A stretch of 45,433 bases of DNA from a virus (taxonomy: Duplodnaviria > Caudoviricetes). Under the pieces are notes generated by a model that did no database searches, was not told the origin of the DNA, and saw only the letters and a program-made list of their open reading frames with translations. Every line of letters begins with the position of its first letter. Position 1 is the first letter of the stretch. The stretch covers positions 1 to 45,433 of IMG/VR virus record IMGVR_UViG_3300025018_000220. One strand, written 5' to 3'. Shown here piece by piece: positions 19,096-29,800 of the stretch. A program made the position numbers and the translations under genes.

Positions 19096-19285
19096 CGGAC
19101 CAATATCCTTTATCAGCTTTGAAGTCTTTACGGCTTACAGGAATATGCCGATTGATTCTCATACAAACAGATGAAGGTTCTGACAGTGACAATACCCATT
19201 TTGGCATCAGGTATTACTATTGCATCACCCCTTTGATACACAGGGTTACCGGTGAACTACTACCTGATGGGTTCATCTTGTTGTT

Positions 19286-19609
19286 TCATGGGGTAACCTT
19301 CATGTTTTCGAACAATGTTCCCTTTAGAGAGAAAACGTTAGCATGCTTGAAATATTCGGTCAAGAATAATCTCTGTATGGTTTTTGTTTCATCCATTTTG
19401 ATCAATTGTTTTGGAGAAGATGAATCAATTCTGATTCTAAAAGAAGCAGGCATATTGCGTAACATGTTTGCCTTTTTGCCATCAAGGATGGTAACAGGGT
19501 ACATACGCAGGAAATCAGCAAATTTGGTTTTGTTGTACTCAATATTGGGTTCACCTTTTTAATCCAGTGATACTTCTATTACAAATATTTGCTCATCTTT
19601 CATAGTCAT
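19286..19609 (-). pseudogene. Hypothetical gene with premature TAA (19559-19561)
   Basis: GGAG RBS and ATG at 19609; frame continues across the stop into ORF 19286-19504. Confidence 0.55.
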
Positions 19610-19860
19610 GTTGCTCCAATAAAGGAATTCCATTTGACGAAAAGACAAATGAGATGAATTCTTAGTTGACCAATATTTCAAGGTTGGGTGGATTTTTGTG
19701 TATAAGATTGATAATGCTACTAAACCATTCTTCATCGAAAACAGTGATATGCATTACTGCACCTGCGACATTCGATGCGAAATAAACATAGGAAGTATTA
19801 TGGTAACCACAAGGTCTAGCCAATCTTATTCTGATATTTGTGTCAATAGGAATAATTTTA

Positions 19861-20604
19861 CTACAATGAGTCATATGCTTGTTTGATCCGGTCATTCGCA
19901 ATTTTGAAATAATCGGAATCCAATTCGATACCAATGAAATTTCTACTGGTATTAACACATGCAACCCCGGTACTGCCAGACCCCATAACAAAATCCAACA
20001 CCATATCTCCCTCATTTGTGTAAGTCTTGACCAGATACTCCATCAGAAGAACCGGTTTTTGCGTAGGATGATATCGGCCTTCACCGGTTCCATCATTGTT
20101 GACTACTGCATATTCAAGAACGGATACAGGATATCGACTTGTTTGACCACCTGCATATTCCGTTGGTTTCTGTTGACCATAAACAGTTGTTGGTTTTGTT
20201 TTGTTAGCTTTGTTTGCAGGCCGTGATTCCCATTTTTGAGGATTATACACAGGGGGAGCACCGGAAAACACAATGATGTCCTCATGCCCAGTCAAATGTC
20301 TTCTTTTTGCATTCAGATGTCCGCTTGCCTTGTTCTTTTTCCATACCAATGCCTGATGAAACATTTTTGGATTACTCATAATGAGAGCACTGGTAAACGG
20401 TTGTGACGCTGTGAAAACAATGGCAGCATTCTTTTTCGTAATACGTTTTACTTGTTCCCACATGGGATCAAATTGAATAATCGCATCCCATTTGCATTGA
20501 GTAGTCCCATAAGGTGGATCAGCCATTACCATGTCTATGGAACCATCCGGGATGTCTTTCATTACTTCAAGACAATCCCCAAACATTAATTCATAGTCAA
20601 TCAT
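19861..20604 (-). CDS. DNA methyltransferase (N6-A/N4-C, beta class)
   Basis: GDCLEVM, DPPY, HPTQKPV.LMEYL, VLDFVMGSGSTGVA, FIGIE. Confidence 0.93.
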   Translation of the reverse strand: MIDYELMFGDCLEVMKDIPDGSIDMVMADPPYGTTQCKWDAIIQFDPMWEQVKRITKKNAAIVFTASQPFTSALIMSNPKMFHQALVWKKNKASGHLNAKRRHLTGHEDIIVFSGAPPVYNPQKWESRPANKANKTKPTTVYGQQKPTEYAGGQTSRYPVSVLEYAVVNNDGTGEGRYHPTQKPVLLMEYLVKTYTNEGDMVLDFVMGSGSTGVACVNTSRNFIGIELDSDYFKIANDRIKQAYDSL

Positions 20605-20612
20605 TGTTATTC

Positions 20613-20936
20613 TCAGTAGTGATCAGGATCAAAACAAATTTTTACTCTGAATTCATCAGGTAATCTACAACTATACTTATAATACTCATCAATTTGTTGA
20701 TTCATATATGAACATAGTTTTTTCCTTAATTTTTCTTTTTCATCTTTCCAATAATGACTAGTTGTTTTGTCGATCCGGTTGTACAATTTCTCCTGTTCAA
20801 CAATACTGTATGCTGCAATATGATCCATCAATATTTTTGAAAAGGCTGGCGGAATACATCTGTGATGCAGTGCGACTTTTTCAAAAGAGGTGTTTATCCC
20901 TGTCAGGAACACGTTGATTTTACGCCGCTTTATCAT
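20613..20936 (-). CDS. Hypothetical protein
   Basis: ATGA-coupled to gp47-like gene. Confidence 0.65.
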   Translation of the reverse strand: MIKRRKINVFLTGINTSFEKVALHHRCIPPAFSKILMDHIAAYSIVEQEKLYNRIDKTTSHYWKDEKEKLRKKLCSYMNQQIDEYYKYSCRLPDEFRVKICFDPDHY

Positions 20937-21976
20937 ATTTCCGCTTTGGTGAAAAGTGAAATCAGTTGTGATGCTCTATCGGTGCGATTGTTTTTAATCC
21001 AATCAACTGTGTATCCTTCTACGTTGTCAATGTCCTCAATATCTTCATCTTCAACAAGAATGGTATTACCTTCATTGTCTTTGGCTCTATCCGTTTCAAT
21101 ACTGATATGACGAACACCAAAGTTATCTGCCATGGTTTTGCGCAATTCATCCCGTTCTGTTGGAGTCATATCAACATCCTGAACAAGTTTCAAGCGCGAA
21201 TTTGAATCAAAAGTATCAGCACGTTTCAGAAATTCTGATATTTTCATTTTTTCATAAAATGGAGCATTTGGCCAATTGATGTATTCAGGTGTTCCATCAT
21301 ATTCCAATATCATCATCCCCCGGTTGCGATCATTTACATCATTGAAATTGTGAGGGAAGGGGTTACCAATGTAATGCACTTCACATCCAGATTTCAACAC
21401 ACGTGTCTGACGGGCGTGAAAGTGGCCTGAGAAAACGTATTCAAGATGGTTCATATCTTCTGCAACCAATATGCCTTCCTTTTCAGGAAATGCATATTTC
21501 TCATTCATAAGAAACCCCGGCAATTCAAAATGACCAAAGGCGTATTTTGCCTTGGATTGGGCAATCTGTTTCAGATCGTCTGTTTCCACCAGCCATGGTA
21601 CTAATAGAATGTCACCTTTGACAACAGGATCATTGATAACTTCTATATTGTCCATCTCATTCAACCATGGCAATGAATGAACAGAACGATTGTCTCTGTA
21701 AAATAGATCATGGTTCCCAATCAGAAACCAGACTGGAATACCACTTTCGTTCAACAGTTTCGTTCCTTCAAAGGAGTATTTCAGTGTTTCTGATCCAACC
21801 ATAGATCGGGCATGGTGCCAGTCGCCCATGAATATAATCAGATCAACATCATTCTCTTTACATTTTTGAAGGAACCATTTGATAAAGGAAATGCATAACT
21901 CATTGTGTTCACGGCTGTTGCCATCTTCACCAAAATGAATATCCGTTATCGTCCCAACTTTATTAAAGTAAGCCAT
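20933..21976 (-). CDS. SbcD/Mre11-like recombination nuclease subunit (T4 gp47-like)
   Basis: TDIHFG, GDWHH, GNHD, FGHFE, SGHFH, YIGNP. Confidence 0.93.
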   Translation of the reverse strand: MAYFNKVGTITDIHFGEDGNSREHNELCISFIKWFLQKCKENDVDLIIFMGDWHHARSMVGSETLKYSFEGTKLLNESGIPVWFLIGNHDLFYRDNRSVHSLPWLNEMDNIEVINDPVVKGDILLVPWLVETDDLKQIAQSKAKYAFGHFELPGFLMNEKYAFPEKEGILVAEDMNHLEYVFSGHFHARQTRVLKSGCEVHYIGNPFPHNFNDVNDRNRGMMILEYDGTPEYINWPNAPFYEKMKISEFLKRADTFDSNSRLKLVQDVDMTPTERDELRKTMADNFGVRHISIETDRAKDNEGNTILVEDEDIEDIDNVEGYTVDWIKNNRTDRASQLISLFTKAEI

Positions 21977-22120
21977 TAATGATTTCCTTTTTCTATTTTA
22001 ATAGAACCTGTGTCTAATTCAAAGTATAACTTACAAGTGATGATATTGGTGAACTTGTAGATGAATATACTTGTGATGTTCATTGGTCAGGGGCATGATA
22101 AATATCCTTTTGTGACATAA

Positions 22121-22360
22121 TCAAATGATATGACATCCTGAAAGATGTAATTTCTCTTCGCCTGTTTCTTCTACGGTGAAACGGTAAGTAACAGGACGTT
22201 TCCATATTTTGACCAATCGTCCATCTTTGTCGAATTCGTTTCTATACAAATAACCAGTAATGATGTAATCACCATTGTCGTCAACAACAATACTTGTAGA
22301 AACATCAATAATGCTTTTGACATTTTTCTTTTTTTGGTTATGATCCATAATATTCTCCAT
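22121..22360 (-). CDS. Hypothetical protein
   Basis: ORF track. Confidence 0.55.
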   Translation of the reverse strand: MENIMDHNQKKKNVKSIIDVSTSIVVDDNGDYIITGYLYRNEFDKDGRLVKIWKRPVTYRFTVEETGEEKLHLSGCHII

Positions 22361-22913
22361 TTACGATTGTGTCAAGCCGTTGTACATCCTTCTTTGATCT
22401 ACAATATATGACATTGATTCCAGAAACCGTGGACGTTTTGATTTCATAGGTCCATGCCCACAGGTTTTTCAATTGATATTGGTGTTCCTGTAATACTTTG
22501 GTTGAAATTTCCACACGATGCCATTTGTCAAAATGCCTTTTATCGTATTGGGTTGTCGGGTGCAAGCCAGTATACTCATATAGCTTATCCTTAACGGTGA
22601 ATACATCTGGCAAAGATGTTTCATATCTGACCAATGAGCCATCAAAATCAAATGGTGGGTATTCGGTTTTATCAATTTTGTAATGAAACCTTGGTAATAA
22701 CTTTTTTTCTAATGTTCCATTGTATATATTTGGAACATTGTTTAAATATATAATAAATGAGGCATCAGTGTTATTACTCTGGTGCCCCATTATTACATTA
22801 AAATTATCATATGTTCCAAGTTTTGTAAGAATGATTGTTTCTGTATTGAAGAGTTGTCTTATGGCCAATACAGCTCTTTCCATAACAAGAGGAACGAATG
22901 CATCTTGTATCAT
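22338..22913 (-). CDS. Hypothetical protein
   Basis: ATGA-coupled to the sigma gene. Confidence 0.7.
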   Translation of the reverse strand: MIQDAFVPLVMERAVLAIRQLFNTETIILTKLGTYDNFNVIMGHQSNNTDASFIIYLNNVPNIYNGTLEKKLLPRFHYKIDKTEYPPFDFDGSLVRYETSLPDVFTVKDKLYEYTGLHPTTQYDKRHFDKWHRVEISTKVLQEHQYQLKNLWAWTYEIKTSTVSGINVIYCRSKKDVQRLDTIVNGEYYGS

Positions 22914-23479
22914 TCTTCGTTCTCATATGTTTCTGATCCAAATGGTTCGGAGTACACATCATCATTATCGTCTATATTTTTGTTTTTCATTTGTTCTGCC
23001 CATTTCTTTTCGTATTCGTCTTGAGCAGCGAATGAAGGTGTTTCGCCGCGTGATGTAATAACGGCATCTCTGATCTTTTGTGGTTTTTTCTCTTTTTGAA
23101 CTTGAGACATAAAAGACCGTGTGATCAACATGGAATAATAAGCAAAGGGCTTATCATATTTGTCACAATCGAATTTATACCATTTGTTAACAAGATTGAC
23201 CAACGCTTCTCCTTTGAATTCTTCCAGATATGAATATCCGGACCAATTCTGTTTAGTTGCATAGTGATCAACCAGTCTGATGAACATGTTTGCAAGTTTA
23301 GGCGTAATTGCTTGACCTCCTAGTTCAGGATTTTCTGCAAGTCGTTTCTTGCTTTTTTTGACTTCTTCCAACATTTCTGAATTTACAATGTAGTGAGTCG
23401 GCTTTTTTCTTTTTTTACGAGGCTTTACAGCGGTTATCTCTTTTTGCGGTGAAGCATTGATGTCCTTTTCCGTTGTCAT
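22910..23479 (-). CDS. Late-transcription sigma factor (T4 gp55-like)
   Basis: HYIVNSEML, YATKQNWSGYSYLEEFKGEA, KFD....KPFAYY......SF...VQKEKK; upstream of gp47/gp46 as in T4. Confidence 0.88.
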   Translation of the reverse strand: MTTEKDINASPQKEITAVKPRKKRKKPTHYIVNSEMLEEVKKSKKRLAENPELGGQAITPKLANMFIRLVDHYATKQNWSGYSYLEEFKGEALVNLVNKWYKFDCDKYDKPFAYYSMLITRSFMSQVQKEKKPQKIRDAVITSRGETPSFAAQDEYEKKWAEQMKNKNIDDNDDVYSEPFGSETYENEE

Positions 23480-23555
23480 GAGTTAATATCCTTGTACTAA
23501 TACATAAACCATATGACATATTTTGGATGCTTATAGTAATGATGACGTATTTACT

Positions 23556-23563
23556 CATAAATA
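23556..23563 (+). promoter_or_regulatory. Late promoter CATAAATA heading the baseplate operon
   Basis: Followed by AGGAGAGG RBS and TTG at 23586. Confidence 0.65.
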
Positions 23564-23585
23564 TTCACAAGGAGAGGTACATCTT

Positions 23586-24233
23586 TTGAATATCGAACAG
23601 TATGCAGCCAAATTGGAACCATTTGATTTTCGTCATTTGCGTAATGAGTTTGAAGACAACGAGCACCCATTGCACCCAATTTTTCAAACAAATGGTTTAG
23701 TATTTCCTATCACGCCCAATATAACCGAAACGGGTACTATCAATTATGATAGTGTGGAAATTCCACACACTAATGAGGCTTTCAATGTATACAGAGGGAC
23801 AAGCAACCGGGAAATCACTTTGGGGAATTTAATTTTACCATGTGATACAGAAGAGAACGCAAAATATGGACTTGCTGCTATTCACTTTTTAAGAACGTAT
23901 AGCATGATGGATTTTGGCAGGGGTGGAACTGGTAGACCCCCTTCTCCCATGTTCTTTTCTGCATTTGGGAACTCCATGTTCGATGAAGTTCCTGTTTTAT
24001 TGAAAGGGTTCTCACTGAACCTATCAGATATGGAAATTGATCAAATACCGGTACCGAATGCAAATGGCAATGACTATAGTTGGCTGCCAGTGAAATTAAA
24101 CCTTGGTGATTTGCAATTGACTGTTCAACATAGTCCAAATTATTGGCGTGGTCAGAATGCAGAAGGAGATTGGTCATTACGAGAGTTCAGAGATGGAACT
24201 TTAATCAATAGGCAACGGAGTGCTGGCAGATGA
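23586..24233 (+). CDS. Baseplate tail-tube cap/initiator-like protein (gp48/gp54 tube fold)
   Basis: GLVFPITP.I....TINY, AAIHFLR, G.PP....FSAFG..MF..VPV; position in module. Confidence 0.65.
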   Translation: MNIEQYAAKLEPFDFRHLRNEFEDNEHPLHPIFQTNGLVFPITPNITETGTINYDSVEIPHTNEAFNVYRGTSNREITLGNLILPCDTEENAKYGLAAIHFLRTYSMMDFGRGGTGRPPSPMFFSAFGNSMFDEVPVLLKGFSLNLSDMEIDQIPVPNANGNDYSWLPVKLNLGDLQLTVQHSPNYWRGQNAEGDWSLREFRDGTLINRQRSAGR

Positions 24234-24505
24234 CAACTGGAATATACCGGAAAACACCATCTTTTAATGGATATTTGGGTATACTTGTCCATACTAGTAT
24301 TCCTATACGAGAATCCGATACAACCATGATACTGGAAGAAAAGTATGAACACGCGCCTGATTTGTTAGCCCTTGATCTTTATGGTGATCCTGAACTTTGG
24401 TGGGTAATTCCACAACGAAACGGGCTGGAAGACCCTATATTTGATATGAAACGAGATACAAAATTGACAATACCATCTTTTGAGACTGTCAAGGACATAA
24501 TTTAA
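24230..24505 (+). CDS. Baseplate wedge protein, LysM-like (gp53-like)
   Basis: PDLLALDLYGDPELWWVI..RNGLEDPIFD.....L.IP. Confidence 0.85.
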   Translation: MTTGIYRKTPSFNGYLGILVHTSIPIRESDTTMILEEKYEHAPDLLALDLYGDPELWWVIPQRNGLEDPIFDMKRDTKLTIPSFETVKDII

Positions 24506-26844
24506 TGAACAATAGACCTAGACTACCGGGATATCTCGGTGTTGGTGATTTTCCAGTGCGGACTGGCAATAATCAAAACAATAGATATAATCCTGATAAT
24601 ACTAATATATTTCTCGGAGGCAGAGGTCATACCACTAGCCAACCCTTGAATGAACTTGGCCGCACAACGGAATATGAAAGCTTGCCCCCGTCACCGTCTC
24701 GTACAAATGTTATACCCGGAAACAACAGCGAAAGCATTATTTCAGGAGAAGATGAAAATATTGCCAATACAATATTACATAAACATACGTTAGATGATTA
24801 TGTTTCAACAAAGTACAATATAAGACTAAGCCTTCTTGGTGATATCAACACTATTGAGACTACCAGAGAAAACTTGATGAACATTGAAAAAAAGTATTTC
24901 ATTGCCTCCAGTGATATCACGAATGCAGGCGAAAGCTATGGTGAAAACAGAACTGATACACAATATTTAATCAAATCATTGAATTTTAAAACAATCAACT
25001 CAATGACTTTGAACAATCCGGAAACACCAAATTCAACAATGTTCAAGATGGAGATTGAAGAACCTTATGGGTTCAGTCTTGATCGTGAAATAAGACATGC
25101 TGCTGCTTCACTTGGATACACAGTGGGATTTCCAGCGTCACGATTTGTATTCAGACTTGATATTTGGTTTTCTGGTTACAAAGAAGATGGAACTTTTGTT
25201 GAAAAGATACCTGTGATCAATTTGTATCCATCGTTATCGGCAACTAATGTGCAACGGCCTTCTTCGCCATTTGGGTCGCCCGCTCTTTCTGATGACATTG
25301 ATGGTCAGGCTGGGATAGAAGTATCTGGCAACTATCAAACGATTGACACTTTTTCATACTTTGTCAATATTATACAAATCAATTCTGAATTATCCAATGG
25401 CAATTCGACGCGATACGAATTGGACATGATACCTACCAATGATCTTGTCATGTATCCTGAATATGATGCGTTGCACATGTTTAATATAACATTGGGTGAA
25501 TCAGAAGGGAATTCAACCTTTGGTGAATATATTCAAGAATTTGAAAGAGTTTTAAACGATACATTCACATTTAATGATACTACCACCGTGCCACTAGAAG
25601 AAATCAAAAGATTAACACGTGGTGACAATCGCACGTCTTCCACTGCCGAAGAACTATTTGAGGGCTTGTCAGGTACTGAAACAGTTTTTCGAAACTATCA
25701 ATTCATTGTTGAAGATCAGGAATTATGGAATGCAGTGTTTGATGAACTACCCGAAAACAGTGATGAAACATCTGCTACCCGTTTCAATGTGGAATCGAAT
25801 TCAATTCGGGCCGACATTATAGAAAAGGTGACTAGAACCAGTTATGGTCGAAAGCATATGATTGGTGAACGGCAAGAAGATGGGTCATACCAAGTTCAAT
25901 ATCCAAGAGAAATATTTGTTGTCAGAACCGAAATTGATTACAACAATTCATCCATTTATGCGTATTCTGGTGATTTGATCAACATCACACTCAAATATTA
26001 TATAGAGCGCAAAAGGGAATACCGGTATATTCCAAGCAATTATAATGATTTACAAACTTGGTCCAGAAACAGAGAAGCGAGAGCCATGGAGATTGTTCAA
26101 AGTGGTGCGTTAAAGAAAGTGTACAAATATGTATACTCTGGTGATAACACTGTTGTTAAATCATTCAATATTAATGCAAATGTTTTTTGGCATGCTATCA
26201 ATAGTGATCCACACGCTGACATCAGGTTTCATTCATTATCAACCAGTGTGAATGAAACTGAAGAACAGGATCAAACGATCAGAAGGTTTGTTCCTGTGCA
26301 TTCCACAGCAGTAGCGGCGAGTGCATTAGAATCTATCACACATGGTACATCAACTGAAGAAAATATATTCCCTTATAGATCAACTGTGTTGCCGTTTTTT
26401 ATGAGACGGCAAGCAAACTCATTTCCTGATACGAGTGTTTCACAGGAAAATTTAATAGATTATTCACGATATCAGGAACAGCTTGAAAGGTTTTTGCGTG
26501 TACAATCTGTTAGTTTGGAAGGATTGGAAATACGCGGGGAACCACAATGGTTGTCAAGTTTGCATAACATTGAACGCCCGGTAAATACAAATGCGAGAGA
26601 ATTTGAAACATCTTTAGGCACTGACATTATATATTTGAAACTGGTCTATCCAGAACAGAGTGAATACATGAATCCGGAAAGTAATTATTCAGAGCCAATT
26701 CTAAAATCTGCCAATTATGGTGGATTTTATCAGGTTATTACTGTTGAGAATAAATTTGAAGGTGGCCTTTTTACACAAACATTCACAGGGCATAGATTAT
26801 CGCAAGAAATAGGACTTAGCAATGACTCGCAGACGGACAGTTAA
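24505..26844 (+). CDS. Putative baseplate hub protein
   Basis: 779 aa between gp53- and gp5-like genes; LEIRGEPQWL and GGFYQVITVENKFEGGLFTQ. Confidence 0.65.
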   Translation: MNNRPRLPGYLGVGDFPVRTGNNQNNRYNPDNTNIFLGGRGHTTSQPLNELGRTTEYESLPPSPSRTNVIPGNNSESIISGEDENIANTILHKHTLDDYVSTKYNIRLSLLGDINTIETTRENLMNIEKKYFIASSDITNAGESYGENRTDTQYLIKSLNFKTINSMTLNNPETPNSTMFKMEIEEPYGFSLDREIRHAAASLGYTVGFPASRFVFRLDIWFSGYKEDGTFVEKIPVINLYPSLSATNVQRPSSPFGSPALSDDIDGQAGIEVSGNYQTIDTFSYFVNIIQINSELSNGNSTRYELDMIPTNDLVMYPEYDALHMFNITLGESEGNSTFGEYIQEFERVLNDTFTFNDTTTVPLEEIKRLTRGDNRTSSTAEELFEGLSGTETVFRNYQFIVEDQELWNAVFDELPENSDETSATRFNVESNSIRADIIEKVTRTSYGRKHMIGERQEDGSYQVQYPREIFVVRTEIDYNNSSIYAYSGDLINITLKYYIERKREYRYIPSNYNDLQTWSRNREARAMEIVQSGALKKVYKYVYSGDNTVVKSFNINANVFWHAINSDPHADIRFHSLSTSVNETEEQDQTIRRFVPVHSTAVAASALESITHGTSTEENIFPYRSTVLPFFMRRQANSFPDTSVSQENLIDYSRYQEQLERFLRVQSVSLEGLEIRGEPQWLSSLHNIERPVNTNAREFETSLGTDIIYLKLVYPEQSEYMNPESNYSEPILKSANYGGFYQVITVENKFEGGLFTQTFTGHRLSQEIGLSNDSQTDS

Positions 26845-29800
26845 TAAACCAGTTTCCGAAACGGGATTTGTCCGTGCAACACGGAACACGTTTGAAAGTT
26901 ATCATAACTCTACACACAAACGTGATGGTTTATATTGGGCAAGCGTTGAAGATGATCATGATCCCCAAAAGCAAGGTCGCGTCAAGGTTCATATTCCGCA
27001 ATTGTCATTAAGTTCTGGACATGCTGTTGGCAAACGTGGGCCTAAGGGTGAGGGTGGCAATGGTAATCCGGGATTGATATGGTGTTATCCTATGATGCCA
27101 TCTTTTGGAACAACTGATTCCTATGGATCAGAAGAAGGTTTTGCAAATTCATATGGGTTTTGGGGACCACAGCCACGCAATGGCGATATTGTTGTTGTTG
27201 CTTTTGTAAACGGAACTATGCCAGTGTGGATCGGCTGTTTGCCCAAACCCAGAAAGAACTTCATGGTTCCGGGAGTTCCGGGCGCAGAAGTAGAAGGCGA
27301 AACATATCCTGTACCTGCAACTGAAAAAGCATCAACAAATATTAATCCAAGAAAAGTCTTTACTGGCCTTTGTCAATGTATCACAAATGCTGGCCTATAT
27401 AATGACCGTATAAGAGGCATAGGAACGTCAGGAAGCACCCGTGAGAGCCCGTCACGAGTTGCAGGCATGTTGACACCCGGAAGCCCAAATGAAGGAAGAC
27501 CGGGGCATTCCTTTATTATGGATGATTTGCCAGAACAACAAGGTATAAGATTTAGAACATCACATGGTCACCAAATCACATTCTCTGATGTATCAGATAC
27601 CATCTATATTGCAAGTGGTCAAGGCAATTCATGGATTGAATTGGGCGATGATGGCAAAATAGATGTATATTCAAAAGATAGTTTGTCCATTCATACAGAA
27701 GCTGATCTGAATGTGAGAGTAGATGGTGATTATCTGTTGGACGTAGCCGGTGATTATTATCATAAAATTGGTGGTGATTATAAATTAGAAGTTGGTGGCA
27801 ATACTGATCAAATCTTTAATGGGTATCTAAAAGCCAATATTGCCAAAAATTATGAAATAAGTGTAAATAAGAATTTGAAGGTTGCGGCTAATAAGAAGAT
27901 ACAGGTTATTTCTACTAATGATATGAGTTTGGCATCCAAGGCCAGAATGCTCATTTATGGATCAGGTGTCGTTGGTATTGATTCAGGCGTTAATGTCAAA
28001 ATGGAAAATGATATTGCATCTCTTCCATCGTTTAGTAGTATTACTTCAAATATTTCATCTACACTTGGTGCCATTGGTGGTAACATCACCGATATAACCA
28101 ATATTGCCAATATAGGTAATATTTCAGCTTTGGCTAGTGGTGTTAATCCTTCTGTGATAACAAATGCCATATCTGGTATGGGAGGAATTGCAACCAGTTT
28201 TGGTATACCTGCTTCAGATTTGGGTGGCGTGGTTGCATCATTTGCAGCCAATGGCTTTGATCCTTCATCTATTTCTACTAGTATTACGAATATGGTGGAA
28301 ACCATTGGAAATATTGGCAATATCACTGAACATCTTAATATAATTGAAAATCTTGGTTTGAATCTTTCTGATATCGATATTTCATCACATGGTTTACTAT
28401 CTATTATGGAAAAAATGAACAATGCCGGTTTATCATTATCAGATGCTACAACACTATTTGGAAGTGATATTGCATCATCATTTAATGACATTACACGACA
28501 AGGTGTATCCATTTCGGCATTGAATGCAAATATGGGATCAATTGATTTTAGTGCATTTAGAGACAATGCATCCGGGCTGGCAGCATCATTGACAACAAGT
28601 AATATCAATGATGTTCAAGCAACAGCCATGGCAGCCTCTCTTTCTCGTTTCACCGGTCCAAGGGCCAATACGAGAAATATTCTAAATCAATTTTCACACG
28701 TTCTTGAAAATCCATCTGACCAAGCATTGGATATCATGGCACGTGCAAACATTGATCCGGCAACAGTACAACTTACAGATTCAAATTTATTAAATGTGTT
28801 GTCTACACTTAAAGAAAGACAGTTGACAGTCGGCGTGGCACGACAATTGTTTGGTAGAGAACATGGTCCTTTTATATTAAACATGATCAATGATACAGAT
28901 AATATATCATCTATTATAACAGGATTTGACAATTTGGATAATTCTGTAATGTCCAATGTAATTAGTGGTGATTTTGGTGATTTTGGTGAGACCTTTGCTG
29001 ATGCAACAGGTGTTGTTAATAATATTGATTTGGGCCAGTTTGATTTATCAGGGTTGAATCTTAGTCAGGTGTCAGATATATTGAATCAAACAGGCATGGG
29101 CGATATTCCATTATCTTCGTTGAACATTGGTGATCTAAGAGAATTAATTGGAAACAATGTTTCCAATTTAAATATATCAAACCTTAGAGAAACATTGACT
29201 ACCTTGGGCTCTGGCAATGAATTACTAGGAAATCTCAATAGTGGTGATATTGGTGATACACTGAATAATATCAGTTTAGGGACATTGAGTAATTTTGGTG
29301 TAAACCTTGACCAAATTGGTGTATCAGGTTTAGAATCTGTATTAAATAATCAACTTACAGGTGCAAGTTCATCTGGAAGAATACCAACGCAATCATTACC
29401 CGGACCCCCATCACCGGGGCAAGCGCAAGCTGGGGCAACTGGCAGTAATCAACAATATATCAACAGACGTGTACCACAACATGAACCATGGAGACCAGAA
29501 GGACGAATTGCTCCAGAAGCAGTGGCCACTTCTGAATCAGGAAATGCGTCTGCGTCTGATGGTGGTGTTGAAACTGCAACGGACAGAAGGGCAGTCCCAA
29601 CAGGAGGAACAGAAACAGGTAACGCGCCAAGCGAAGGAACAGAGTTGGTACCAGAAGACATTGAATTTTTGGTTGTTCACTGTTCTGCATCACCTTCATC
29701 TAGTAATTATAACACAGAAAGCATAAGACGAACACATACCGTTACCAATAATTGGTCACGTATTGGTTATCATTATATCATTGAACGGGATGGCACTATT

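Noticed and set aside
18990-19562. 190-aa plus-strand ORF
   Set aside because: Antisense to a minus-strand operon, no RBS or recognisable motifs
13952-19609. Stop-codon reassignment suggested by in-frame TAG/TAA
   Set aside because: Large genes have no in-frame stops, TAG ends conserved genes (gp46-like, MTase, MucR) and the lesions use different stop codons
27955-28608. 217-aa minus-strand ORF and similar antisense ORFs within gp5-, gp6-, gp46-like and groES genes
   Set aside because: Shadows of well-supported genes
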